DNA from: Mytilus trossulus
Taxonomy: Eukaryota
Assembly (NCBI RefSeq): GCF_036588685.1
Contig: NC_086376.1
Span: 75,495,630-75,559,629, forward strand
Direction: 5' to 3'
Length of the DNA stretch: 64,000 nt
Shown: piece by piece, positions 1 through 11,745 of the stretch
Layout: each line of letters begins with the position of its first letter
Numbering within the stretch: position 1 is the stretch's first letter
Notes under the pieces: model-generated
Databases searched by the model: none
Told to the model about the DNA's origin: nothing
The model's input: the letters and a program-made list of their open reading frames with translations, nothing else
Made by a program: the position numbers and the translations under genes

Positions 1-404
1 ATTGTATGCTGAAGCTCATATTAAAATCATGTATCATTTATAAATAAAATTAAAGGTCACGTTACACAGTGTTTTTCTGTCGATCAGAATACCTGATGAT
101 TTCAAACTAAACGTTCGCAATTGTTTTAAAACGAGGAACATAAGGAAATATTCACTTATATGTAATTGACCCTCAAGAAGTTTGTAAAATAATGCTTTCA
201 AATGATAAGCACAACTAGCCGTTTGGCACTGTAATAATATATCATTAATTGTTAATTGTCAAATGATAATAGATTGGCGACATAACATGGATTAAGGAAC
301 AGATGTTTTGGTACAATTATTGTCAATATTTATAATTATGTCAAATTAATGTCAAAACTATCATTAAAAAAACCCTTACTTAAATCTGTTAACATCCTTT
401 TACA

Positions 405-1086
405 GAGCTTACAACAACTTACAACTCCCGTTAGCGCCATGTGTCACATAGGCGCGAAAGGAAGCCATCCATCTGAGTCAGACTGCTGCTGCTTTTTGTG
501 CTTTTCCCCATGTTCTCCATCCAAATTCTGTTCTTTCCTTATCTAACATTCGTCTCCAAGTTTCTGTTGATCTTCCTACATTTCTTTTTACTGGTGGTGT
601 CCATGTCAAGGCGATTCTACAATCATTCCATGGGTCCATTCTCAGGATATGACCTATCCAACTCCATCTCCTGATCTTAATGGTGTTGGTTATGCTGCAC
701 ATGTTGGCTATTTGTAGCAGTTCTGCGTTGGATATCATAGTTGGCCAAAATATCTTAAAGATTCTACGCAAGTGCCTGGTGTTGAAGGTGTTAAGTCTAT
801 CTTCATCTCTCTTGCTTATCTTCCAACATTCTGACCTATATAGCAACACTGATATTACATTGCTTTTATAAATTTCCATTTGGGTGTTTCTTCTGTATTG
901 GTTTGATGTCCATATTTTTCTTAGCTTATATGATGCTGCTCTTGCTTTTTTAATTCTATTCCTTATGTCGGCTGTTGCATTATCGTTGGTATCTATGACC
1001 GATCCTTGGTATGTGAATCTGTCTACTATCTCTAGTTCTTCGTTGTTCAATGTAATAGGCTGGATGTTGTTTGCCTTTACACACAT
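405..1086 (-). mobile_element. 5'-truncated RTE-clade non-LTR retrotransposon (C-terminal RT/thumb region plus short 3' UTR)
   Basis: ORF 478-1086 contains LEIVDRFTYQGS, IRNRIKKARA, IYKSNVISVLLY..ECW and RRWSWIGHILRM...ALTWTP..KRNVGR..TW, the typical C-terminus of RTE-type LINE ORFs. The 3' end finishes in short (ttgtaag/ttg) repeats at about 405-425. Confidence 0.9.
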
Positions 1087-2248
1087 TTTTTTTTACAGAG
1101 CATTGTCAGGAAATTATTACAAAAATCACTTCTAAATTTACTAAAATTTCAAACTACTCATGAAATAAGTGGTTAAAGATTTACCGTGTTATATTAGTGG
1201 ATATTAAAGAATACTAAACTTTTTTGTTTAAAAAAACCCACTTCAACATAATTATGTTTCAAAGACGCATTACTGGCGTTATAAAACTTACATCAAAAAC
1301 CTAAACGTCGAACAGATCCATAAAAAATCATTAAAATGCATTGTCTTAAGTACGTAACATTCTCGTCTGAATTATTTGTTTTCTGCTCAATTGTCTTCTA
1401 TTCTTCTCTCTTGTTTGTCTGCCAACCCTATTATACAGACGTCTTGGTTGTCAATATTGTAGAAAAATTTCGGAAGTTTACAATAGCAATGGCAGATTAA
1501 GATTTGTGCAGTTAAGTGTAAATCAAAGCTGCCACTTTACCACACTCTATTTTGTCGCGATAAAATTTCAGGATTAACCTGATTGAAACGTTGGTTAATT
1601 TAAATGTAGCCAAAAATTCCACTCCAAAAGGTGATATTAACGCTAGAAAAAATGGACTGACCCCTTCGCTGGGTGTCATTTTCTAATGTCAATCTGTGAA
1701 ATGATTTAGAGTCTTTAATAAATTCTCCATATTTCAATTTTTCAGTATTTGTCTCCGATATTCGATTCATCTTGGTCAGATTTTTGGCTGGTATGTAAAA
1801 AGTTCAAATTAGGCGATGATTATGTTAAGGCTTTTATAAGTGAAGGTGACAAAATGGGTACTTATATTGAGTATTCAAAATCAGAACCGTGAAGCTTCAC
1901 ATAAAGAGTTCATATATATTAAAATTTTACATCTGCTATCCTGCAATTATCTTTGTTAAAGGATTCTATTGAAAGTAAGTTATCATATTTCTATATAATT
2001 TGTTACAGCCAAAGAGTTAGTGTTTCAAGGCAGATTTCAACCAAGACTCTTCATACGTGAAATGAAATTTGCACAGCCATTCAACTGTGTGTCATTACTC
2101 ATTTATTTATTTAAACAAATCAAAATCAAATCAAGTTTTATATTTATTTTTCCATAAACTTAAATGTTCGTCAAATACCACTTTCCAATGAATAAGCACA
2201 TTTTATGTCACTCAATTTGCGTGTTTCATGATTTTTTATATCTATCAA

Positions 2249-2396
2249 TCATCTCTTCCTTCTTATAAAATCCACTCCATTCCAATGGAAATCACCGGTG
2301 TAAAATTCTATAATCCTTAGCGCACTGGGCACCGAGTCCGTTTCTGGATTCAAAAATTGAAATCGTTGACACTCGATCATAACTCGTGTTTCATAA
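2249..2396 (-). CDS. Candidate terminal coding exon (YETRVMIECQRFQFLNPETDSVPSALRIIEFYTGDFHWNGVDFIRRKR*)
   Basis: Good acceptor ttcttttgttcag (2397-2409), locally GC-richer, 49 open codons to TGA. Phase-2 compatible with the exon at 11680-11745. Confidence 0.4.
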
Positions 2397-3973
2397 CTGA
2401 ACAAAAGAACACAAATATTATTCTCTCCTAGCGGTGAATAAGTATATTTTAAAGTCATGGTTTTATCAGTTTGTTTTGATTTATAAGTTTGAATGTCCCT
2501 CGTGTATCTTTCATCACTCTTTTAATGTAAGAAACCTGTTTGAATTTTCGATGAAATCAAGGATTTAAAAAAAAATGTACTTGTGAGACGATACTCATTA
2601 TAACATTTCTAACACAGAATATCTATAAAGAATCTCGTGTATTTTATTGAATATGTCAGAGTTATGTATAATTTCTATAAATATTCATTCTTAAAGAAAT
2701 GTTATCTATTCTGTAGAAAAGCGTTATACAACATGATGCGTTATTCCGGTTTTTACTCTTTATCTTGTTCTCTGTAGATTGATATGTGATGAACGGATGA
2801 TTTGAAAATTATGTGACTTTAATAGACTATTCGTTACCACCTGTTTGATCACTTCTGAAGATAGATCTGATTCGAGGAAGGTAGGCCATATCAATATTGT
2901 ATTTCAATTGTCTTATCAAAATGTTATTGTCCTACATTATTATATTCCTGTTGAAAAATATTCAACACTTGTATTAATCTTAACGCTACCATCGTGTTTC
3001 TCTTTTCTACTTTCTGTTGGATCTATTGAAAAGGTATTATTAACATCTCTCTACGAAAACGCTATAGTTTCACACAAGTGGTTTTAAAAATAATACTGTA
3101 TGTTCGGCATATACTAATATGCAACAATATAAGCAGACGCACATGTATCTGAAATTGATCAGAACATGATCTCTTTTAGAGATAAACAGTAAGATTGGGT
3201 TGGCTTTAGGTCAAATCTTAAAATCCTGCATGGAAGTAAAACAAATATCAACTGATTATTATCTGTGGGATGATATTGTAATATCCAATTGTTTGTTGAT
3301 TCCTGGTCTCGTCTTTATTTATCAGGTGAAAGCTCCATGTAAACTTTTGATACATTTAGGTCATTTATAAGACTAATGTTCAAATATTAACTAAAATTTC
3401 TTTTTTGAACAGATGTTTAAAAAGAAATTTTGTTTTTGCCCTGACCTAAGGCCTTCACAAACTAACATGCAATCGGGCAGAACACAAGGAAATCACATCT
3501 CTAGGGTTATGCTCAATAACGGATTATAGTCTATCTCAACTGGCTTTCAATGTAATTATAACATTGCTATGCATGTTACAGTGTATGGTTTTTCATTACT
3601 AATTAAAATATCCTAAATAGCTTGAGTGTGCCAAAAATATATTTGATTTAAAAGACTTCATCATCCTACATGGTCAATTCAAGAAATAATACAAACTTCA
3701 AAGCATCATTTAATTTATAACTCTTTGGTGCTTGCTATGTGAAGATGCAAAACAATTTCGATTCTATTATAAATTTCGGAATTTCGTTTTTCGAACCAGT
3801 CTTATAATTTAAGCCGAAAGACAGTCATTTTGATTTGACGAAGCACTTTTAAAAGGTGCACAAATACATGTAGACTTTTGATATCATTTTATGTAGGGTC
3901 TTAGCGGAAGACACTACCAGAAGTTTCAATTTTGTTCTCCGGCGTCTTCCAAATACAACTGACTGTTCAATCG

Positions 3974-4011
3974 AAATTGTGACGTTATGCACGTGCACAC
4001 CATGTTTTATT
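3974..4011. promoter_or_regulatory. Invariant 38-bp block with CRE-like TGACGTTA, E-box/HRE CACGTG inside palindrome TGCACGTGCA, and MRE core TGCACAC
   Basis: Identical to 7919-7956 while the flanks have diverged. Function is inferred only. Confidence 0.35.
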
Positions 4012-4773
4012 GGAATAAGAACATAATTTTCCTAACTGACAAAAGAAATGTCCCTCGGTAATAAAACAACTGACGTTACATTTTAAATTGTGATGTCTTG
4101 CATGCCCACCCTATGATTTTTAATGCAATAAGAGAAGAATATTATATTTCAATAACAGTAAAAAATATTTACTTTTCATGTACTAGTAGTTTTTAATTTC
4201 TTGCGGTACTGTAGATTATTACTTTTATCTAACTATGCCTTGATTTTACTCCAATTCAATTAAGCAGGATGATTCTTCAAGATAAAAAACAAATTGGTTG
4301 TTAGAAACGCTAACTTTAACTTGCAGTGAAAAGTAAATATATACAAGCTAAGTGAATAGCATAAAAACCTCTCAAATTACAAGTTTTAATGAGACGATTG
4401 AGGGTATTACAAGAATATCAAATCCAATATACTTTTTTTTATACTTTAAATAGACCTTAAAAAACGTTTCTTTCGATGCCAGTGATGTATATTTTTACTC
4501 ACATTTATTTAAAATTAATGCATGTAAAAGGTTAACAAATTCACAGAAAAAAAAACTAAATACAAAATCATATATTTTGCACATTTGATAAATTTCTCTT
4601 TTTGAAATATTCGATGGCTTCGATTAAAACAAACATTTAAAAAACGATTCGTTGTGTTTCGAGTATAAACAAAAGCAGATTTTTGAAAGAATACTTAATT
4701 TTTGACCAGCCTTTTAGACCCTAATTTGTGAAAATAAGCCCTAACACAAAAGGCAATAATCTAACTTTATTAA

Positions 4774-4910
4774 TATACAAAGAAGATATGGTATGGTTGC
4801 CAATGAGACAACTATCCACAAAAGACCAAAATGACACAAAAATTAACAACTATAGGTCTCCGTACGGTCTTCACAACAATGAGCAAAGCCCATACCGCAT
4901 AGTCAGCTAT
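4774..4910 (-). mobile_element. 5'-truncated SINE-like retroposon (family B-type 3' tail ...ttgtctcattggcaaccataccatatcttct)
   Basis: Absent from the paralogous site in copy B (about 8690). Tail matches 18061-18110. Confidence 0.75.
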
Positions 4911-5359
4911 AAACCTGTTTTCATGCCACCTTAGATATCGTGTATGAGCCGTGTTCAGCTACTTAGAGGAAAGAATGTCAACATTGAAATTGTGAAAAAA
5001 AGGTGAACCATATGTTTGACTGATCATTTATTCATGTCAAACGATGATTTACATATGAAGAAAACTTAAACAGACCTAGATAAATTCAATTGCATGTGTT
5101 CGCTGTCTATTTATAATTATGTTTATATAGGATTATATGACATTCGTTAGATTTCAAAGATCATATCAATGGTTAAACAGATAGACTAAAATACACACGA
5201 AATGCTGAATATAAAGAAAAGATATATTTTGATTGTCAATGAGACAACTCTCCGCAAGAGACCAAATGACACATTGATAAACAAATGAATGACATATATT
5301 ATCGATTGCATGCATTAACTGTGCATACGAGACATTTTATAATTGAGATATACGTTTAA

Positions 5360-6386
5360 TTAAATTGAGAATGGAAATGGGGAATGTGTCAAAGAGACAA
5401 CAACCCGACCAAAGAAAAAAACAACAGCAGAAGGTCACCAATAGGTCTTCAATGCAGCGAGAAATTCCCGCACCCGGAGGTGTCCCTCACCTGGCCCCTA
5501 AACAAATATATACTAGTTCAGTGATAATGAACGCCATACTAATTTCCAAATTGTAAACAAGAAACCAAAATTAAAATAATACAAGACTAATAAAGGCCAG
5601 AGGCTCCTGACTTGGGACAGGCGCAAAAATACGGCGGGGTAAAACATGTTTATGAGATTTCAGCCCTCCCTCTTTACCTCTAGCCAATGTAGAAAAGTAA
5701 ACGCATAACAATACGCACATTAAAATTCAGTTCTGATGTCAGAAGATGTAACCAAAGAAAAGAAACAAAATGACAATAATACATAAATAACATCAGACTA
5801 CTAGCAGTTAACTGACATGCCAGCTCCAGACTTCAATAAAACTGACTGAAAGATTATGATTTCATCATGTGAACATCAGGCACAATCCTTCCAGTTAGGG
5901 ATTTAGTATCATACCATCATAACATATATGAGAAGAACATAACCCGTGTCATTCCAACAACGACCCTATAAGTGAATCAATATTAGCGCCAAAATATGCA
6001 ATCTTTAATTACCAACAGTATCGTAACTATATCCCTTCTTGATAAGTCTATTCAAAGATTTTGTTAGTTTCTGAGGTGAATACTGACAATTTTGTGCTTT
6101 TTAAAGAATATTTCCATAACAAATTGGATGTGAAATACCTAAATGTATAAGAAGTCTGCATGCTGAGCTATATTTACGAATGATGTCCTTATACCGATGA
6201 TAAAATTTAGTAAATGTTTTGACTAGTTTGTGATATCGAAAACCCTGGTGTAATAATTTTTCTGAAATACATAAATTTCTCTCGTTAAAATCTTAAACAT
6301 TGTTACATACACCAGAGAATCGTACAAGTTGAGATATGTAAACACCGTAAGATTGTGACAAGGGAACGTCACCGTCTAAAAATGGA
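5360..6386 (-). mobile_element. 5'-truncated Penelope-like element family A (RT thumb/C-terminus plus ~600-bp 3' UTR)
   Basis: The minus strand from 6385 reads PFLDGDVPLSQSYGVYISQLVRFSGVCNNV*DFNERNLCISEKLLHQGFRYHKLVKTFTKFYHRYKDII, a PLE thumb motif. Flanked by TTAA (5356-5359 and 6387-6390). Empty site 'catttaagtatg' is present in copy B (about 9091-9102). Confidence 0.88.
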
Positions 6387-6825
6387 TTAAGTATGTTGTA
6401 AATTATTATGATAATTTGAGTCAATCCGGAAACATACATTTTATAGCTAATGCCCTTATCATGAAATGTGACTCAAATCAACACTAATTTTACATGCACT
6501 CATTAAGACGTTCGTTTTCCTTCATATTAGCTGCTTTATCGAAAATATTTAGAAAACCTCTCTACTTTATTAATTGATTTTTTAAGTATGCTGCAGCCAA
6601 TAATTTTTAACTGTTTAATAACTATTGAATATTCTAAGAAGTAGGATCTCAAATAATATATTGAGAGCTACTCAAATTAATGTATCAAAATAGTATGGAA
6701 CACGGAACACGGAACACGGAAGTTGAATTGGAAAGGATAGCTTTGATCCAGAGACAGTTGGTTTTTTGTTGTTTTAGTTTTCTCTATTATATAAAAAAAA
6801 TTGTGTTCCATAAACATAAGAGAGT

Positions 6826-6914
6826 ACAAAAAAGATGCACAAGTATTTATAATGACATTTATATATTACGGTATATAAAGGCAAATAATAATTAACCGTT
6901 GTCTTGTACTTCCT
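6826..6914 (+). promoter_or_regulatory. Near-invariant 89-bp block containing a TATA box (TATATAAAG at about 6872)
   Basis: 88 of 89 positions identical to 10278-10366 in an otherwise clearly diverged duplication. Confidence 0.35.
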
Positions 6915-7191
6915 TTATTTCCCTTTATTACTAGAAATTGCACCAAATAGCAACAAGATCAAATAACTATAAAGGTTCTCAGTTACATAACATAATTAAA
7001 TCTTATCATAAGAACATATAACGTTCCCTTATACGTACAAATCAATCTTTTAAACTTTAAATTGACGATCGAAATACCAATCAAATATAATTGATGTAAA
7101 TCGAGAGGAAGTGAAACACAAATATTCGAAAAAATGCTGACAGCGCTAATATGACCGAACAATGAAAATAGGAAGAGCCAAAATAATGTTA

Positions 7192-10100
7192 ACTGATTAT
7201 TAAGTGATAACTATTGGTTTTTTTTCTCAATTGTTTGTTCCCTGGTGTCCTCTTTATTTAGCATGTATCAGCTCCATGTAAACTTTTGATGTATTTAGGA
7301 CATTTATAAGACTTTTGCTCAAATATAACCAAAATGTCCTTTTTGAAAAGATTTACAGAAATATATTTTGTGTTTGTCTTGATCTTAGGCCTGCACAAGC
7401 TAACATGCACTGGGTGAAACATAAGGGAATGCCACTTTTGGTCTCGTGTTTACAAACAGATTCTTGTCAATATCAACCGGCTTCACATGCAATTATAACA
7501 TTGCTCTTCATGTAACAGTGCAAGTTTTTCAATACGAATTAAAACAAAAACCCAAATAGCATGAGTATTGAGTGTGTTCTAATAGCATTTTATCAAAAAT
7601 ACTTCATTTTCCTACATATTCAAATCAGAGATTAATACACATTTTTAAAGTATCATTTACTACTTTGTGTTGCTAGCAATGTTGAGATGCAAATGAATTT
7701 TAATTCTGATATAAAATTTTGAGTTTTTTGTTCTTCAAACCTGACGTACCAGTCACGGGGAAAGGCCTCAAGTTTAATTTGAAAAAGCACTATAAAAAGT
7801 TGAACAAATTCATGTAGACTTTTGATATTATTTCCTGTAAATTCTTAACGGAAGAGACTAATAGAAAGTTCCATTAGGATCTCCAGCGTCTTCCAAGATA
7901 CAAATGACGGTTTAATTCAAATTGTGACGTTATGCACGTGCACACCATGTTTTATTTGAATGTGAACAGGATTTCCTAGCTGACAAAAGAAATGTCCCAA
8001 GTTCACAACTAACTCTGCAATTATAATTGTGATATCACGCACTTACATCCAAGGATATTTATTGGAATAAGAGAATAACATCATATTATATAACAGTCAA
8101 AAAAATTACTTTTCATGTACTAGTAGTTTTTAATTTCTTGCGGTACTGTAGTTATTACTATTATCTGATAATTCTTTGTTTTTTTTACTCTAACTTAATA
8201 AAGCAGTATGTTTCTTTAAGATAAAAAAAATAAATTAGTTGTTAGAAACTACAACTTGTAATATAAGTAAAAATATACAAGCTAAGTGAATAGCATAAAA
8301 ATCTATCATGTTACCAGGCGTCCATAAAGTTTTAATGAGGTATTACAAGAATATCAAATCAAATATACTTTTTTCCTTATACTTTAAGAGATCTTTCTTT
8401 CAATCTCCATGATGATGTTTTACTCTCATTTATGTTAAATTAATGCTTGTTTAAAGGTTCAAAAATTAACAGATAATAAAACTTAAAACCAAATTATATG
8501 TTTTGCACATTTTATAAATTTCTCTTCTAAATATGCGACGGCTTCGATTAAAACACGATTTGAAATACAATTCTTTGTGTTTCGAGTATAAAAAAAGCCG
8601 ATTTTGGATATAATACTTCGCTTTTAAGCAGCCTGTTTAATCCTTCTTTGTCAAAATAAGCCCAAACATAAAAATCTATGATTTAACTTCATTTAACCTA
8701 TATGCATATTATCCTAAATATCATGTTCTAGGAGTATTCAGCTACTAAGAGGAAAAGTTAACCATTTATTTAACTGATTCGATCCACAAAAAAGGTCATA
8801 TTTATACATGTAAAACGATAATTTACATATGATACAAAATCAAACAGACATAGAGAAATTTAATTGCACGTGTTCACTACCTATTTATATTTATGTTAAT
8901 ATCGGAATATATGACATTTGTCAGTCTTCGGAGTTCATATCGATGGCTAAATAGATGGTATCTAGACTAACATGCGCACAAAATGCTGAATTGAAAGACT
9001 AAATGACACATTAACAAACAGATAAATGAAGCATATTATCGATTCCATGCATTTAATTGTGCAAACGATACATTCTTTAATTAAGACTTACATTTAAGTA
9101 TGACTTGTTATAAATCATTATGAAAATTTGAGTTTGTCGGAAAACATACATTTTACAGCTAATGCCCCTATCAACACTATTGTTATATGCACATGTCCTT
9201 CATTTAGACGTTCATATTAGCTGCTTTATCGAAAATAATTAGAAAACCTCTCTACTCAGTGAATTGATGTTTAGAGTAAAATGTATGCTGCAACCAATGA
9301 ACCATTAGGATTTCAAGTGATTCATTGATAGTTACTCAAATTAATGTTTCAATATATATATATATATATATATATTATCAAACATATTGAACTATTGAAG
9401 AATTGAAACCAATATTTAGTTAACCGATCCCTTTTTCCTGCTTTTAAGTAAACAATTATTGATATTCAACAAATTGTTATTTTTTGAATTCTTGTCTAAT
9501 CTTTTACCTGAGTTGTTTCACAAACTATTAACTTTTGATTTCTTTGTGGTTCATAATATTGAAATTGTCTTATGTATTATCGCTGCTGGCGGGTTGTTCG
9601 TCAAACTGCTTTGGTTTCAACATGATTTGTAAAATACTTTTCAAACACTTACCCTTGTTAAATATAGACCTTTTTTTTTTTAGGTTTTATAAGTTCTTCA
9701 ACATTTGTATTATGTTTTGGAATTTCAGTTATTTAGGCCCCACTAAGCAGGCTGAATTGTCGAAACGCACAAAAGAGGTAGTGAAAGTAAACGTTAATGT
9801 TACTTAAGAATTAAAAAATATGCAAAGTTCCAATCTTTCGGGCAAAATTGAATCAAATTGAATTTGGCTACTACTTTAGGGTCCCTGCTTAATCATATAA
9901 CTCCATGCAATTTTGCGTATTTAGGCATCCAGTGATTTCAAAGGTTTAAGAGTGATCCTTCTGAAGTTATAACGTGTAACTTTCCTTGACTAATGCGTTT
10001 TTGTTTAAGCAAGGTTGAAATTCTGACTGATACATGTGAGTCACATATATAGTGCTTCTATCAACTACGTTTATGTCCCCAAACAATAGATGTGATGCAA

Positions 10101-10612
10101 AATACTGACCAAATATATATTCTATTTTTGTGAACCATTATTCATCATTAGCTCGAAATACTATACACGGAAGTTAAATTAGAAAAGATACATTTATTCC
10201 AGATATAACAGTTGATTTAATGTTGTTTTAGTTTTCTCTGTTATATAATAATTGTGTTCCAAACAAAAGTAGAGAGAACAAAAAAGATGCACAAGTATTT
10301 ATAATGACATCTATATATTACGGTATATAAAGGCAAATAATAATTAACCGTTGTCTTGTACTTCCTCAATTTCCTTTTATAACTTGAAATTGCACCAAAT
10401 AGCAACAAGATCAAATGTCAATAAAGGTTCTAAGTTACATAACATAATTAAATCTTATCATGAGGACATCTTACGTTCCCTTAAACGTATAGTTCATTCT
10501 TTAAAATTTCAATTTAACGATTGATAAAACAATCAATTGTAATTGATGTTAACCAAGAGAAAGTGAAACATAAACAGTGTAAAAAAAATGCTGACAGCGC
10601 TAATTTGACCGA
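7192..10612. repeat. Tandem segmental duplication, copy B
   Basis: Collinear with 3251-7158. Has extra sequence at about 9350-10160 and lacks the 4774 and 5360 insertions. Confidence 0.9.
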
Positions 10613-10970
10613 TTTCCTAAAAAAATTGGCAATGAATGTTGCAATACTTTGTAAAAATGAATATAAATTCAGCTGGGAGATAATATAAAATGTTATTCTA
10701 TAACTTGGTATTTCTGTTTTCCTTGTAAAATGTGATTTGTTTTGTTGTTGCAAAGACAAAAATTTTGAAAATATGACTCAACAAGTACGATGTGATGAGT
10801 ATGACGCAAAAAGTTGGCGATGGGAAATGATTTCCAATAAATCGGTTTTTAATCAGATTCTAAAGCTACACGAACTCGATTTTTTACAATATGTGCCATT
10901 GATGTTTTCGCGTTTTCCCAACTAAATCCTAGAGAATTCTAAGCTAACAATGAACCAATAATGTTCAAAA

Positions 10971-11344
10971 GTTATCAACGGTACCAGGATTATAATTTAG
11001 AACGCCAGACGCGGGTTTCGTCTACATTAGACTCATTAGTGACGCCCATATCAAAATAGTTATAAACCAAAACAAGTACAAAGTTGAAGAGCAATGAGGA
11101 TCCAAAATTTCAAAAAGTTATGCCAAATACGGTGAAGGTAACATTATGCCTGGGATAAAAAAAATCCTTAGTTTTTTTAAAAATTCTAAATTTTGTTTAC
11201 ATGAAATTTATAAAAATGACCACACTATTGATATTCATGTCAACACCAAAGTGTTGACTACTGGGCTGGTGATACCCTCGGGGACGAACGTACACCAATA
11301 GTGGCATCAACCTAATGGTGTAAATAGTTGTCAAAGGTATCAAG
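10971..11344 (-). mobile_element. Non-LTR retrozyme monomer (356-nt period, short terminal redundancy) with a mutated type I hammerhead at 11002-11046
   Basis: 'gttatcaacggtacc' (10971) recurs as 'gttgtcaaaggtatc' (11327). The minus strand reads gcgtca-CTAATGA-gtct/agac-GAAA-c-ccgc-gtc-tggcgt, with core G5>A, so it is probably inactive. Confidence 0.85.
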
Positions 11345-11679
11345 CCTTCCATTTTCAGCTACAAATCACATTAATAGTTACCATTAATAATCTACAAATT
11401 ACAACATTTCGAAGGACTTGTTCCTTTGTGCTGTGCGCTAATAAAAAAAAATTACATACCAACACAGGGAGGAATTAATAGGCATTGATACGATGTACAA
11501 TGTGCGCCTAACAAAAATAGCGAGATTTAAAAAAAAAATATAATACGCATATTTCGAGCTTGATACAAAAATTATAATGAGTGTATTTGACGGACAAATA
11601 TACCCACGTCCTACATCTTGCTACAAACAATGATGAATAAAAACTGCCATAGGCCGAATTCCGAATGGATTTTACTAAC

Positions 11680-11745
11680 CTTCTATATATTTCCAGGGTG
11701 TCAGTAGTGAACCATATAACGAAATGATCGCGGACTGGACTTGTC
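11680..11745 (-). CDS. Candidate 66-nt internal exon (TSPVRDHFVIWFTTDTLEIYR in phase 2; a phase-1 frame is also open)
   Basis: Strong acceptor tttttttttacaaacag and donor AAG|gttagt; symmetric length. Confidence 0.42.

Larger units (their letters stand above)
3251..7158. repeat. Tandem segmental duplication, copy A (carries later retroelement insertions)
   Basis: Collinear with 7192-10612 from 'actgattatt...gctccatgtaaacttttga' through to 'ctgacagcgctaat.tgaccga'. Confidence 0.9.

Noticed and set aside
349-1135. Plus-strand ORFs of 63-83 aa
   Set aside because: Antisense shadows of the RTE ORF.
5365-5556. Near-identical ORFs MRMEMGNVSKRQQP... (also 35480-35686, 28079-28267, 38972-39154)
   Set aside because: They are antisense readings of the PLE-A 3' UTR repeat, not a gene family.
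6697-6721. (ggaacac)x3 and the (TA)n tracts at 9351, 22849 and 53115
   Set aside because: Ordinary slippage microsatellites.
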